DNA of 63,205 nucleotides, counting the filler, from Platydemus manokwari (taxonomy: Eukaryota): the NCBI GenBank assembly GCA_037951405.1. It is 6 parts of 6 records of this genome, joined end to end, with 100 filler letters (N's around TTAATTAATTAA, not from the genome) between each part and the next. Parts side by side here need not be neighbours in the genome. Positions count along the whole stretch, not along the records: positions 40,244 to 49,157 come from JBBMOY011330539.1; positions 49,258 to 63,205 come from JBBMOY011569189.1; 4 more parts are not named here. The stretch is one strand, 5' to 3'. Made by a program: the position numbers and the translations under genes. Positions within the stretch are counted from its first letter, which is position 1; the number at the start of each line of letters is the position of its first letter. The notes beneath the pieces are model-generated. The model had not been told where the DNA came from, made no database searches, and saw only the letters and a list, made by a program, of their open reading frames with translations. This document shows, in pieces, positions 40,244-53,458 of this stretch.

Positions 40244-43200
40244 TAATAAAATAATTAATCCATTGAATAAATCGATGGCAAATTTTTATTTACAATTTTG
40301 TCCGCGAACTTTATTTACAATCTATTATTTAATAAAAAAATCAATGGCATTATTAAACATGTCTAACTAACTCGATTAATAATTATAGAAATTTAAAAAC
40401 TTGAATAATCCTATAGAAGTGATTAAAATAGGAACTTGATTTCAAAACTTAAAAAAATGGGATATTAACTGAATTATATGAATAAATCAAACATAGAAGT
40501 TATATATAAAATTAAGTTATAAAATTATCTGATGTGCTAAAATTCATTAAAACGAAAGTTCGTCCCTTTTTCTTAACTTGAACCGTTTTTGCAAATTTTT
40601 CGTATGTGAATTTGATTTATTTACAATTTATTTCAGAATTCTTTTTAAAGAAATTTTAGGTTTTCAATTCAAATCATTAAATATTTCAATAATCTGGTAT
40701 CTATATCATTTTTTCAAAGAATTTTTAATATTATATTCAGACAAAATATTTTTAATGTACGATTCCATTAAAACTGTGTGTTTAGATATGAATTAGATTT
40801 AAGTTTAAATTTGTAAATAATATTTATGGATGATCTAATGAACTGATGCTAAATACCAAACTTAAACTTTAATAATCAATAAAAGATACACGAAAAAGAA
40901 CATTTACGAAACAAAAAGTTGGCAGATGTTTGTGAGATCGAATCTCTTTTATCCGCATATCATGTGTATTCACTTAATGACTCGAGGCTTTATTTTCCAT
41001 CCGACAGGCCGTCCTTCTCAACAAAGTCAACATAAGAAGATATTGTGAATTGGAAATTAATAAAATATCATTACGATTGTATTATTACCAGAAAACATAA
41101 GAATATTTTTTATTTTAAAATAACTTTTTAAGAACTAATTCTAATTAAATCGTTGTATTTTCATAAATAGTATTACCTATGGAATAATATTTTTAGTCTG
41201 AACCCCGTTCACATAGAAATTAAAATCAAGAATCAAAATATAGAAATCTAAAATAACAAAACAAACAAAGTGATTACAGTGATTACAAAGTGATTACTTA
41301 ACTACCAATAAATTCACTTAATGGCTCCTACTTCCATAGTCATAAAAGATTGATATAAATTTATGTTTATATCTCAATTGAATAATACTATATAAAAATG
41401 AACAAAACCCCTAATTATGCAAAGCCTGGTTATTTGCTAAACATCGATCATATTCATTTTATTGATTGTTATCATAATATTTACCATTTGATTGTACTTC
41501 ATTTAAATGTTTACTTATTATTATTTTAATTATAACTTATTTAGTCATTTATTCCATTAATATTCTTTAAGTCGCCCTCAAATTATTCATAGTCTTTACA
41601 TACACGTTTTAGAGTCAGATGACCAACTAAACTCTCTTAAGCAATGGGGATTAACTTCATGTTTAATTATGAAGCTCCAAAATTGTCTTATTATTAACCA
41701 CTTATAGACTTATTTAAACCTTAACTCAATAAGGAAGGAAGGAAAGAGTAACGAATATATTTAATATCAAGGATGATTATTATAAGATAATTTTAAATGT
41801 TTTTTTGCTAAAATAGAAATGCGTGGCAAAAATATTCTTTATTGAAAATTCCACCAAAACCGAGAAATTTATTCCATTAAGTATCAGATTAAAGCAATAA
41901 TAAACAAAAAATAAGTTGAAATCACAACCTTGGCACTTGACCATAGTCCAAAATATTCCAATAAAGCAAGTAACTATCAATTTTATTTTCGATATCAAGT
42001 AGAATAAGAGTTACCTCAATTTAAATCCCATCAATCTTTGAAACAAAAAGTCACATTTTTTATGAAAGAATTTAAGAGGATCACTATTACAAATTCTATC
42101 ACTGATGTCTAAATAGTAATGATCTTTTGAAATTTGGTAATGCCTGCAATGTTATCAGAGTAATATATATGAAAACAACAATGAAATTTAACGCTATTTC
42201 TGGTATCGGCTTATTTATTAGACATGGAAATCAGCATTATTGTGAGAAATATCGTAATTTTAGGAAGGCAGTGACATTTGGTCGACCGTTTATATTAGCT
42301 TTTGTTACGATTGTTTTTTACAATATGTGTCAGATTACAACAATAGGAATATTGGGCAGGCTTCTGCTAGTTCTAAATAACACATATAATCAATAACAGA
42401 TTATGGATATATTGTTTGTTGAGAACCCAGCATCGATAAGTAGTGTCTGTGACAGCAATCTGTCAGTAAGAAGACGTGCAATTAGCTTTATCGTCTTTTA
42501 AAAGCTTGAGTATTACAATAATTTTGAAGTATTTATTATTGATAGTAATTTCTCACCTTATTTACAGTGGCATCACTCAGATCATTAATCAATTTAGACG
42601 ACATTCAATGAATAAATAAAATTTTTCCGAGCAATAGTTTTATAAATTCCATCATTTACATGTATGTAAGTAATAAGCTATGTAGTCAGAAAATATTTGG
42701 TTTTCTTGTGTATGCATTGATTTTGTCCCGTTTATGTTTTAAAAATGTAGTACTAACCACAAATTTTCCAATACAAAATTTTTATTCCGAGAATTTGAGC
42801 CAGCGAGGTTGATAAAACTTTTTTAACATTAGTTGTTTTCGTCCTGAATCTTTGATATTCGCACATTATTATTTATGATTTCATTTCATGAATGAATAAT
42901 AATTTATAATTAATTATAAGTGAAATATTATTTCCTTATTGTAATCATTAAATAGGTCTTACACGTTATGTTCTTTATTCATGATTTCATTTGGTTCAAA
43001 CAATATTTTGAAATCTTGATAAACCAAGAACGCTAAATGACCCTTTTTTGTAACTATGTTCGTTTTAATAATAGAGTCATCTTCAGATTACGGATTTTTC
43101 TCTTTCATTTATTTGTAAAATATCCATTCAAGTTAAAACTTCATTTAGACAAAGTTAGATTACTAATAATTCATGAGTACGATTTCACTGTTCTAATTTA

Positions 43201-43844
43201 ATTCCTCATTTAGGTTTACCTTTGAAAATAATTTTCTGTCCTATTATGCTCTAGGTAAACCCCCTTGCTTAAGTGATTTCTATTCCACGTTATTTAATAT
43301 TCTTTGTGTTATGATGGAAATGTATCCGGTTTGTATTCATTTTCCTTTACTTCAATGAAGAAGTCAATGTAAATGGAATAAAAAGTGTTTATTCAAGAAA
43401 CTGATACGATTTATTTATATTTATAAAATATAAATATTCTGTCTACAAAATATATTTCTGTCCTTTCCGATATATCTACGATTCGCTAGAAATATTTGGG
43501 TTACTGATTTAACCATCGCGACATCTTATATAACACATTCAAAATCATATCTGGATTTAATCAGTAGCTGTAAGTATTTTATTAAATTTTATGAACATTA
43601 TAAATAAATTAATTTAATTTAATGAAATATTGGGAAAATATCACTTATGATATTTAACGTATATTAGAGGAATATCTTTACACGGTTATTATTTAAAATT
43701 ATTTGATTCGATTCACCAATAGAAATTGAACAAATATTTTTTTAATTTTTTAAAAATTTAACCTTCAAAGGATGTCTATAAATAAGAAAAAAAATTATTA
43801 TTATTATTATTATTATAATCAAAGCACGTGTGGACAAAGGAAAA

Positions 43845-44774
43845 ATGGATACCTCTGAATTAATTGAAATAGGTGTTTTATTTCTATGTTTTTATACCAA
43901 CTGTACGTTTGGTTTTGCTATATATTTTCGACCGGTTGAATCGCGAGTCGCTGCCAGTTTAATTGTTCGTCAAAGTTCAATAGATGCATCGTTAGCATTG
44001 ATAAATATCCTAATCAATGTGATCCCTAAAACAAATTCCAACGAACATTTACTTTCTTACAATCAATTTGTTTGTCAGTTTTGGACATCTTGGCTTATAT
44101 TTTGGCTTCTCGTTTTGATGTCCGTACAAAATCACGTTTGTATTGCATTTGACCGTTACATGGCAGTTATTAAAGCCGCAATTTATCGAGACAAACAGAA
44201 GCATATTTTAATTGGCTCATATGTTTACGTTTGGTCAATAGCATCTGTTGGTGCTTTACCGTCCGCTTTTGAATTGATTTATATAAATCATACTTGTCAA
44301 CATGTAAACGTTTTACATTCAAATTTGATTGATTCCTTTTTCCAAATATATAGTATGCTATGGTTTTTGATATGCTATGTGTTGCCGATATTATTTTTTG
44401 TCACTGTCTATGTATGGGTTATTATGAACATCAGGCAATTAAATTCATCGGAAAACGAAAATAGGGCTAGAAACAAATTCACGATTGCCACAATAATCGT
44501 AACATCATTGTACATTTTACTATTTTCATTTGAGTCTATTTATTACTTTTTACAGAATTTGAAAGTGGTAAGTTCAATTACTAGAACATTTCTTCAAAAG
44601 ATTGGCTTAATGATGATAACAACTAATGGAATTGTAGCTACCATTGCCTATTTGATCTTTATGAAAAGTATGAGGCAGAGATACTTTAGTTTTTATAAAG
44701 ATATTTGGAATAATTGTTTATGTGCTTTAAGACGATTTCGAGTAAGTGATATAACGGGACATCGTACCCTCTGA
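43845..44774 (+). CDS. Intronless divergent rhodopsin-class (class A) orphan GPCR, ~309 aa
   Basis: Seven hydrophobic segments, AFDRY at the end of TM3, Cys at the top of TM3 (FVCQFW) and in ECL2 (HTCQH), YVLP in TM5. The first ATG is at 43845; the ORF track used an upstream GTG. Confidence 0.9.
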   Translation: MDTSELIEIGVLFLCFYTNCTFGFAIYFRPVESRVAASLIVRQSSIDASLALINILINVIPKTNSNEHLLSYNQFVCQFWTSWLIFWLLVLMSVQNHVCIAFDRYMAVIKAAIYRDKQKHILIGSYVYVWSIASVGALPSAFELIYINHTCQHVNVLHSNLIDSFFQIYSMLWFLICYVLPILFFVTVYVWVIMNIRQLNSSENENRARNKFTIATIIVTSLYILLFSFESIYYFLQNLKVVSSITRTFLQKIGLMMITTNGIVATIAYLIFMKSMRQRYFSFYKDIWNNCLCALRRFRVSDITGHRTL

Positions 44775-47700
44775 AATCACTAGTTAACCTAAAAATATTT
44801 TGTGTTTCTTTGCGCCCATAAAAGTAATGTAATGAAATACTTGTTATTATTGAAGTAAAAAATTAATCACTATAAAATAAATAATTGTGTTGTTATTTTG
44901 TGGTTTTTTCTTTTAATTAGCACTTCTTTATCTGTATTTTTAAATCTGTATTTCATCTTTAAAATTACATGGATTTTTAATGAAATATTAAAACTTTGAA
45001 ATATTTAGAGCAGACTTGCTAAAAGTAATTTGAAATCATAAAAGATTGGAATGTGGATAATCACTTAACTTATTCCTTCAAATCAAAATAAAATGTTTCG
45101 CTTAAACAAAAATAATTTTCGTGTCATTCACAAACCCATAGATCCGTGCATATTTTTGTTAATTATTTGATGACAAACTTTCAATTAATTATATTAGTTG
45201 ATGTGTACTTTATATAATATTTATAATTAATTTTAATTATAAAATAATTATCAGATTGAGCCACGATCACTCATCATTGTTGTAACTCAATCTGTAATCC
45301 ATTACAAATTGGATTTCTTTAAGTTTTGGTTCACCAACAGAAAATACGACTAAATTTATAATTTTACCCACAATAAAGTTATCCTGAGTTTTATATTATT
45401 TGATGAATTGCTCTCTAAATTTTTATATAAACGAATGACCATTTTTTAGATTTCTTTTAATCTTACCTGTCTGTCATCTGAGGCAATAATAAGGCCCATG
45501 GAATTCCGAAATAGGACGTTATCCGTATCATAAAACCAAAATCTTTATCATTACAGTTATCATATTTGGAGATCGTCCTATATATCTCTGAACCTAGATA
45601 TTGATGAGGCTCAAGGAAAGCCGAAATAGTACTTATTTTAAGCTAAAGGTTGTTCTGTTTCTATTTTACTTTTTATAATTATAACTTTTATCGAATTTTC
45701 TTTGCTATTTATATCCTAATGGAAAAGCACAATGCTTCCATTAATCACAATGCATTTCTTATGACTGAATTTAATGGAATTGCGTGTATGCGAAACAAAT
45801 AAATGCATTATAAGATTTCAAGTAAAAAATCTTCAATTAAATTTACGTGGATGTATTATTGTGTGTTTTCTTATATAGTAAATACAAAAGCTGTATTGTG
45901 AATGAAAACTTAGTGATTTTAATAATATCCGGCTGTTTTAGCATGTCTTTCAGGTTTCCTATTTTGAGTTATGATATAAAAAATTAATGTACAGACACTT
46001 ATAATAGAACATATTTTCAATATAGTCTTAGGACTCAAAAAACGTTTTAGAAGGTTCAACGACAATGTACAAATATAGGTTTTAATTTTCTTATTTTAAG
46101 CACTAATTTATTAAGTAGTTTTTTGTTTGAGTTATCTTCTAAATCCATTTATCTTTAAATTTTCATTTATATTATATATTAAATATCATATTTCTTCTAA
46201 TATCACATTACTTATTGATTTGCTCCCAGAAACCTGCACAATATACATTATTGGGACTTATCAGTTTGTATTTATGCTCTAAAAGAGTTGTTGAGATATA
46301 ATTCATATAGTTTGTTAAAATGGTTTAAGTATTTTAACTTGATTTATGGAAGGAAGAATTTTCTTTTGTCTCTTCCCCATGTTACTCCGAATAAACACAC
46401 AATGCAATTTTCGACTTTAGCAAATATAGAAAACATTTTTAGTCTGGATTCGGTACATGTTTTATAAAATAGTAGCAGCTTTTATGGTGTACATGGATTT
46501 GGATTTGATTCTGAGAATGTCAATGACTCGGAAGTATAGAATAGAAGGATAAAGATATGGAAAAGATGAGAAGTCATAATAGAATTGTATAAAAATATTA
46601 GAGAGAAAATGTGAAGATATGAAAATATTAAATATTAAATATAGTTGAGATATTGACGTGATATTTAGGTGATATACCGAACATACAAGGAAGAGAATGA
46701 ATAGAAAATTTTATATAGATAAATTTCTAGAAAATTCATAACGAAAATAATTAAGAATTTTGATACAATCAAAGGTTTCAGAGGGAGCATATGTGATTAT
46801 CTATAATCAAATGTATTTAAAAAAAACTAAATTAATGTTTTATAAAATATTACTTGGTTTTAATTATAACTTTCAAATTATTTGTTATCGATGACTTTTC
46901 AGTTCATTTTTAATGCGTGTTCAAGAAACTAATACCAAACTATAATAATGTTGATATTGAATTTCAATCCCATTATAGAAATAAGGAAAACGGAATAATT
47001 ATAATAAAATGCCCGAAATACGAATGCGATTAAATATATTTACTTTCGAAATCAAAGAATTTGATATGAGTAATTAAAGTTTCTTTTAAATATCTAAAAG
47101 TAATAAATTGATTCAAATGAAATCTAAGATATATTATTAAATTATATTATCATTGAGAGGGATAACTTATGATCGTAAATCAATAATTATTGTGTGAAAT
47201 GAAAATCTTGGTAAATGATTTTATATTTTGAAAATAAGTTAGACCGAGTTAAGTAATCAAGATAAATTATCTTGGGTAATGACGAATCGTGAAGTTGATG
47301 CAATGGAATTAAGAGGTACTCCGGGGTTTTATGCCGTCACAGGCTATTCGTTTCCTGCCCCTCCATATAAATAATCAGTTTATTATTAGATTATTAATAA
47401 ACAATAGGGGCATTTAATTCAACTCTCTTTTTAAAATTGTAAAGTTGAAACATTTATAAAAACCGAGTATCAATCAATAGTTATAATACAATCGTAAAAT
47501 CATTTTCATATACGACTTTCAAAAAACAAATAGAATAAACAGCAACGAACTACAAATTTGTTAAACTTTAATTGAGGTTTCGTTGAATTATAATAAAGTA
47601 AAAAAATCGAAGTTTTCTCAAAAAGATGTCTTTTTAATCTATTTAAAAATATAATCAATAGAAAATTGTGTGAAAATTTATTCATGACAGCTTTGTTATT

Positions 47701-49157
47701 TTAACTATTCCTCAGATTGTGCAATTTAAGTCACTAATCAATAGAATATCAATTGCTCATCTTAAATATATGTGGGGAAATAACTATCTATTTCTGTCTT
47801 CTTTCTTAATTACAGCAAATGAAGCACATTGTGAAGTAAAATGACATATATTAAGTCCAGATTTCCCACACTTTGAAATTAATATCTTTATGTAAGAGTT
47901 GTGATTTGCCGGAATGTACAAATAAACTATTGAAAAATTGTTAAAAATTTTAAATAAAAAATCTTAAAATAATTTCATAATAAAATCAATAATACTTTAT
48001 TTACATCGAAATATAAATATTAATAGAATATGCTGGGATATTTAAATGAATTAATGAAACAATGAACGCAGGTTCACGTAAAGAGACCATTATTAACAAC
48101 AATCATTAGACTCCTATAATCGGTAATTTTTGAAGTTATTTTTATAGTTAATATTCTGTAAAAATTAAAGAAAGAGATTTTTCACTTTTAAAATTGTTGT
48201 ATATCTGAGTTACTCAAAATTATGTTTCTGAATCTCGTGCGTTGAATATCTGATTGAATTTGTATGGGATGTTATTTAACAATTATAATTTAAGGTACTT
48301 AATTTTAGTGATTATCGTTACAATTAAGGCAACTAATTTTAGTTTTGTTATTTGCAATAATGAGATTTATTGTAATTTGATTACATAAAATATATCCAGA
48401 ATTAATTAGAAGTTTTAATCGTAAATTTGTAAATAACAGAATATCTTATTTTAAGTATAAAGATATATAATAGATTTATAAAATAAATATCTAGTTGATA
48501 TCAAACACTTTGTTAAAGGGTTTGTATGATTCAACATTTTTGAATTTTTTTAACTTCTAATGTATCAAATATTGCTAAAATATACCCTAGAAAACATGGT
48601 ATAAAAACGATTTCATGTTTAATAATATAATTGCTTATTTCTATGGAATAATTGTAAAAATTGAGCATATCTGGCAATTTGCTTTCAATCTTAAAAAGGT
48701 TCGGCTAAAGTTAAAAAAATGAAACTTTAAATTTGTTAAGTATATTGCATAAATTTATATAGTTTATTTAATTATTTTCTTTAGGAAAATTTTGAACTTT
48801 TTATTTTGATACTTAAGAAGAATTGTAGTTGTTTGAAATGAATAATTAAATCCATTAGAGGTTCAAAATCTTATAAAATTTGATTATGTGAGAAAATGAA
48901 AAAATTAGGTCGACTTTAAATTTATTTAAAATTTGCGAGGACCTTTTTTTGAGAAGTAGGCGTCAAAAATACAAACTAAAAAATTTAACATTTCAATGTG
49001 AAAGATTTAGAAAAAGAATATAATTAACAAAGATTTCGTCAAAAAGAATATCATATTGGGTCTATAACTTAAAAACCGGTATTTTTTTAGAACAATTGAG
49101 TGTTTATTAAAGAAAATCTTGTACAATTCTGTTATCCAAAGTAATGTCCATCGGAAG

Positions 49158-49257
49158 NNNNNNNNNNNNNNNNNNNNNNNNNNNNNNNNNNNNNNNNNNN
49201 NTTAATTAATTAANNNNNNNNNNNNNNNNNNNNNNNNNNNNNNNNNNNNNNNNNNNN
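49158..49257. other. Artificial contig spacer
   Basis: N44-TTAATTAATTAA-N44. Confidence 0.98.
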
Positions 49258-49458
49258 ATAGTTGGTATCAATCAATAAATGGTATCAATCAATAAATAGT
49301 TGGTATCAATCAATATATAGTTGGTATCAATCAAAAAATAGTTGGTATCGATCAATAAATAGTTGGTATCAATCAATAAATGGTATCAATCAATAAATAG
49401 TTGGTATCAATCAATATATAGTTGGTATCAATCAATAAATAGTTGGTATCAATCAATA
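49258..49458. repeat. Minisatellite, ~21-bp unit ATAGTTGGTATCAATCAATAA with 17-bp variants, inside the Brahma intron
   Basis: About ten tandem TGGTATCAATCAA cores read directly; truncated by the contig start. Confidence 0.93.
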
Positions 49459-49920
49459 TTTATCTAATAATTATTTTTTTTTATTTATTAAGTCATTTTA
49501 TTGTAAATTATAAATTTAACATTGATACAAAAAAAATATAAAACAATAAACACATTATTTATTATATAAATATATTTCATTTATTGAGTTACGACTGAAC
49601 GAAGAGTTCAATGTGTTGACAGAAATATATCTGGTTAGGATTAGAACGGCATGTTAACTGAAAAATTTAGCCTTTCCCGAATAATTTCTATATGATATTA
49701 TGAATAAATAATCTGGGTCATCATTTGATAATAATAATATTAAATAGTTTAATGATTGATTTGGATTGAACATGATAGATGATATGGACATTAAAGGTGA
49801 ATAATAACTGATTTAATTGAAGGCATGATATTATTAAATGATTATTTATTGATATAATGGGAAATGTTTGCTAGATTATATTCTCATAGATATGTTATTA
49901 GAAATAAATGATGATTATAT

Positions 49921-50105
49921 TGGAAAATATAATGATAATATAATTGGAAATATAACCAAAATATAAATGAAAATATAACCAAAATATAATGATATTATAA
50001 TTGAAAATATAACCAAAATATAATGATAATATAATCAAAAATATAACCAAAATATAATGATAATATAATCAAAATATAATGATAACATTGAAAATATAAA
50101 TCAAA
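49921..50105. repeat. Degenerate AT-rich tandem repeat (AAAATATAACC / AAAATATAATGATAATATAAT) next to the Brahma donor site
   Basis: Direct reading of recurring 11-12 bp subunits. Confidence 0.8.
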
Positions 50106-50111
50106 ACTCAC

Positions 50112-52051
50112 GATAAAGGTACAATGATCAAGAATGGCCCATTAACTTTCTTCCTCTCCATTAAATATGTGATGAGGCCAATAGTTTGAATGGTTTTGCC
50201 GAGACCCATTTCATCAGCCAGAATGCCGTTTAAATTATTATTATAAAGTGAAACAAGCCATTCGAGACCTTTTAATTGATATTGTTTCAAAGTGCCATTG
50301 ATCAGAATCGATGCTTGCTCCTTGATTTCCTCATGATGTGAATGAGCCAGAGCATAATATGATTGAATATGTGATTTGTTATACTCATCATCTTCTGTGC
50401 CAACATGAACATCATCATCATTATCATCTTCCAATACTTCATCGTAAACCTTCAAATCTTCATCTTCCTGGAATATTTCCAAACCCTGCTCATCCTTTAA
50501 CGATAACCGCCATTCTTCGTGCTCTTTGAACCATTGGATGAGATTTTTAGCCTGTGGTGATTCCTCCTCCAATCGTTCACGTGTTGTGGGATTATAAAGC
50601 GGAATATGTTCGTCAGGTGGTAACATAGCAACATACAATTCAAATTTGCCACTAATAATATCCTTGGTAACATTGATCAATTCGGTTTGGGGGCGATTAA
50701 ATCGCTGTGTCAAATAGGCGAGAATGTTGTCGTATTTCATTTGCATTTTCTTCTCCTCCCGTTCTTTCTTTTTGCGTTGGATTTGTTCTTTCTTGTGATC
50801 TTTAACGAGTTTCGTCAAACCGGCAATGAATTCATCTGTCTGTTGAAGCAAATAATGCAATCTCATATCCTTCTTTTCATCAATCAATTTTCGATAACCT
50901 TCTTCATCTTCAGCCATCAATCGACGCATTCGCTCACGTTCTAATCGCTCTTGTTCCTTGCGTTTGTCACGTTCAGTGTTGGCGAAATAATTCATGATTC
51001 CACGATTGATTTTGTTCAATTTTGAACTGCAATTGCGATGGAATTCACGGAATTCTTTCGCGTGCAACAAGACAGCATTCAAGAATTCCTGATGCTTCTG
51101 ACGTCGTCGTTTTTCCTGTTCGTGTTTCATTTGTTTTTCCAATTTTTCCGTGAACCGTGCTTCACGGAGCGTTTGCTTTTTCGGTCGACGATATGCCCGA
51201 ACATTTAGTGCTGTTTCCAAAGAGGTATCTTTTTTCATAACCATTAAAATTTCTTGTCTAAGGCTACGTTGTAAACTCAACAATCGCAGTGCTTTCAATT
51301 CAATTTTGAGATTCATATTTTGTGAATTAGAAAGAAAAGCTGATTTGTTTGTAAGTTCATCAATTCTTTGAATAATTCTAGCTTCAATTCGATTTTCACG
51401 TTCTCGCAATAATTCTTCCGGATCTATTGCGTCTGGTCTACGAGATGGTTTGAATAAAGACTTCCCACAAGAAGATTTAATATCTCTTTGAACTCGCTGA
51501 AGAACATCATTATTGTTCGAATTATTTGTTCCGGGTTGCTCGTTTTGTCGATTAGATATATTTTGCAATTGATTTAATTTTCCTTCAGCTGCCAAAATCA
51601 CAGCACTAGAAACAGGATTAGATTTCGCTAATAATTTATACGCATTGATCTGAGCACGCAACTGTAGAAGTTGGTTATTGTCAAAAATTCCTTTATTTGG
51701 AACCTGTGCTGTTGGAATGGGATTATTGTCAATTGTGGGTGTATTAGTCTCACCAGGAATTTGTGTCGGAACATTGCCTGTTGTTATATAATTTGAAGAA
51801 TTCATATTGGAATTTATCTGGTTTGGAATTTGCGCAACGGGGTGAAGACTATTAGCTGGTGCATTGACAACTTGCAAATTTGGACATGTTACTGAAGAAC
51901 CAGTAACATTCTGATTTGGACCAAAACCATTGTTATTTGTATACATTACCGACTGATTATTTGATTGGAGATTATTTGGAGACGAATTTTGAACCGAATT
52001 AGAATTGGGATTTAGCATTTGATTTAAAATTAGTTGTACATTATTTGACAT
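50112..52051 (-). CDS. SMARCA2/4 (brm): First coding exon of a Brahma/BRG1 (SMARCA2/4) SWI/SNF ATPase: QLQ, HSA, BRK, start of SNF2_N; remainder outside the contig
   Basis: [15 protein letters not shown] (QLQ), TEKLEKQ...[18 protein letters not shown] (HSA), [11 protein letters not shown]...W (BRK), [36 protein letters not shown] (motif I). The ORF 'stop' lies inside a GTGAGT donor after IIVPLS. Confidence 0.97.
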
Positions 52052-53437
52052 AAGTAAAACTGTGAAAGGTCAAAAATAATATCAGAAATAAATTTCGTTT
52101 ATAGAAAATAGAAAATATATCTAAAATAGAATAAAATATAATAAATTTGGATTAATAATTTTGGATTAATAAAATGTATACAATTTGATCAGACATGTTA
52201 CATTCAATATTTAAACAAGCAAGATTATTTTAGAAATAATTTTATTTAATTAATTTACATAATAGCATTAATGTGAAAATTTGTTTTATTAATTTTGATT
52301 AATCAGAACATACATGATAAAATTTTTCTATTAAAAATCACTTAACTTTAATAAATATTGCAAAATCTAAAGCACAAAATTTCTATAATATGACATTTTA
52401 ATAAAATTCAAATATTATTAAAGTTACTATTTAAGTTACACTATTCTTATTGACAGTATTGTATATTATGTTTTAAGTAAAAAACTAAATTTTTTATATT
52501 TACGAGATAAATATCTTGACATAATCCTTACTGTTGATTCATTAAAAATAAATATTTTGTCTTTTGTCTAATAGTTTTATTTAATATCATTTTTTCTATT
52601 AATATGATCATTGTTTTACAAATTAAACAAAAATAAATTCATAAAATGCTAAATTTAAATTTCTACTTTATTTTGGGTTTTCATTGATTTTATTCACAAT
52701 GTTAAGAGCTATTGTAAATTAGGTAATAACATGAATCATAGAGCAAATCAAACTATGTAAAAGGTAAATTACACTTAACTGATTTCTCATTGAAGTCTAC
52801 AATTGCATAATTTATTAATCATAAATAATTTGGCGTTTTCCTATTAATGTAGATGTTACTTGGGATTCTCCAACTTGTCCGTTGAGATGTGATTCATTGA
52901 GCTAGACTGTGTGTTCATTTGCTTACCTCAAGTCGCTCATGTACGTACAAATCTGTTTGCTGTTCACTTATTATTTATAGTCTTAATTGTTTCGCTTAAA
53001 TTAATTTTCGTATTTGTTTAAATTTATTGTTATTTCCCTTTCATTTTCCTTTTACATATTGATGGGACTTTAATTATTTTCTTAACATTAAATAAAAGCA
53101 AAATGATCAATAACAACATACTGATGTTATTCTGTGAATATAGTGTGAGTTGCTATTCACAGAAAATATTTGACTGACAAGTCCAACTTAATATTTAACT
53201 CTCACCATAAAATAGGTTTCTTTAATTTATAAACATAAATATGATAAATACCAGTTTAGAGCCAATTCTTTATTTATAATCAAAGGATACAGATATAGTA
53301 ATAATTGTCAAGAGAAGTTGTCGTTCCTAAACCCATCTAACAAATACTAATAGCGGGAACTAATGTCACGTGATTAGCTCATGAAGGTCTATAGACAAGA
53401 TTGAGTTTAGAAAAAAGATAAATAGTAGACTTGCCGG

Positions 53438-53458
53438 ATAGATAGATAGATAGATAGA
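53438..53458. repeat. (GATA)n microsatellite
   Basis: Direct reading. Confidence 0.85.

Noticed and set aside
11245-49257. Five regularly spaced TTAATTAATTAA palindromes suggesting an array, or gene clustering across them
   Set aside because: They are synthetic six-frame-stop linkers inside N runs. The flanking contigs cannot be assumed adjacent, so no LRR/GPCR/SLC6/brm 'system' can be inferred.
49258-49458. CRISPR-like repeat array
   Set aside because: Head-to-tail repeats with no unique spacers, no cas genes and a eukaryotic intron location: a minisatellite.
50108-50111. Apparent premature stop truncating Brahma at 647 aa
   Set aside because: The TGA is part of the GTGAGT splice donor; the gene continues beyond the contig.
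50338-51371. Three plus-strand ORFs
   Set aside because: Antisense shadows of the Brahma exon.
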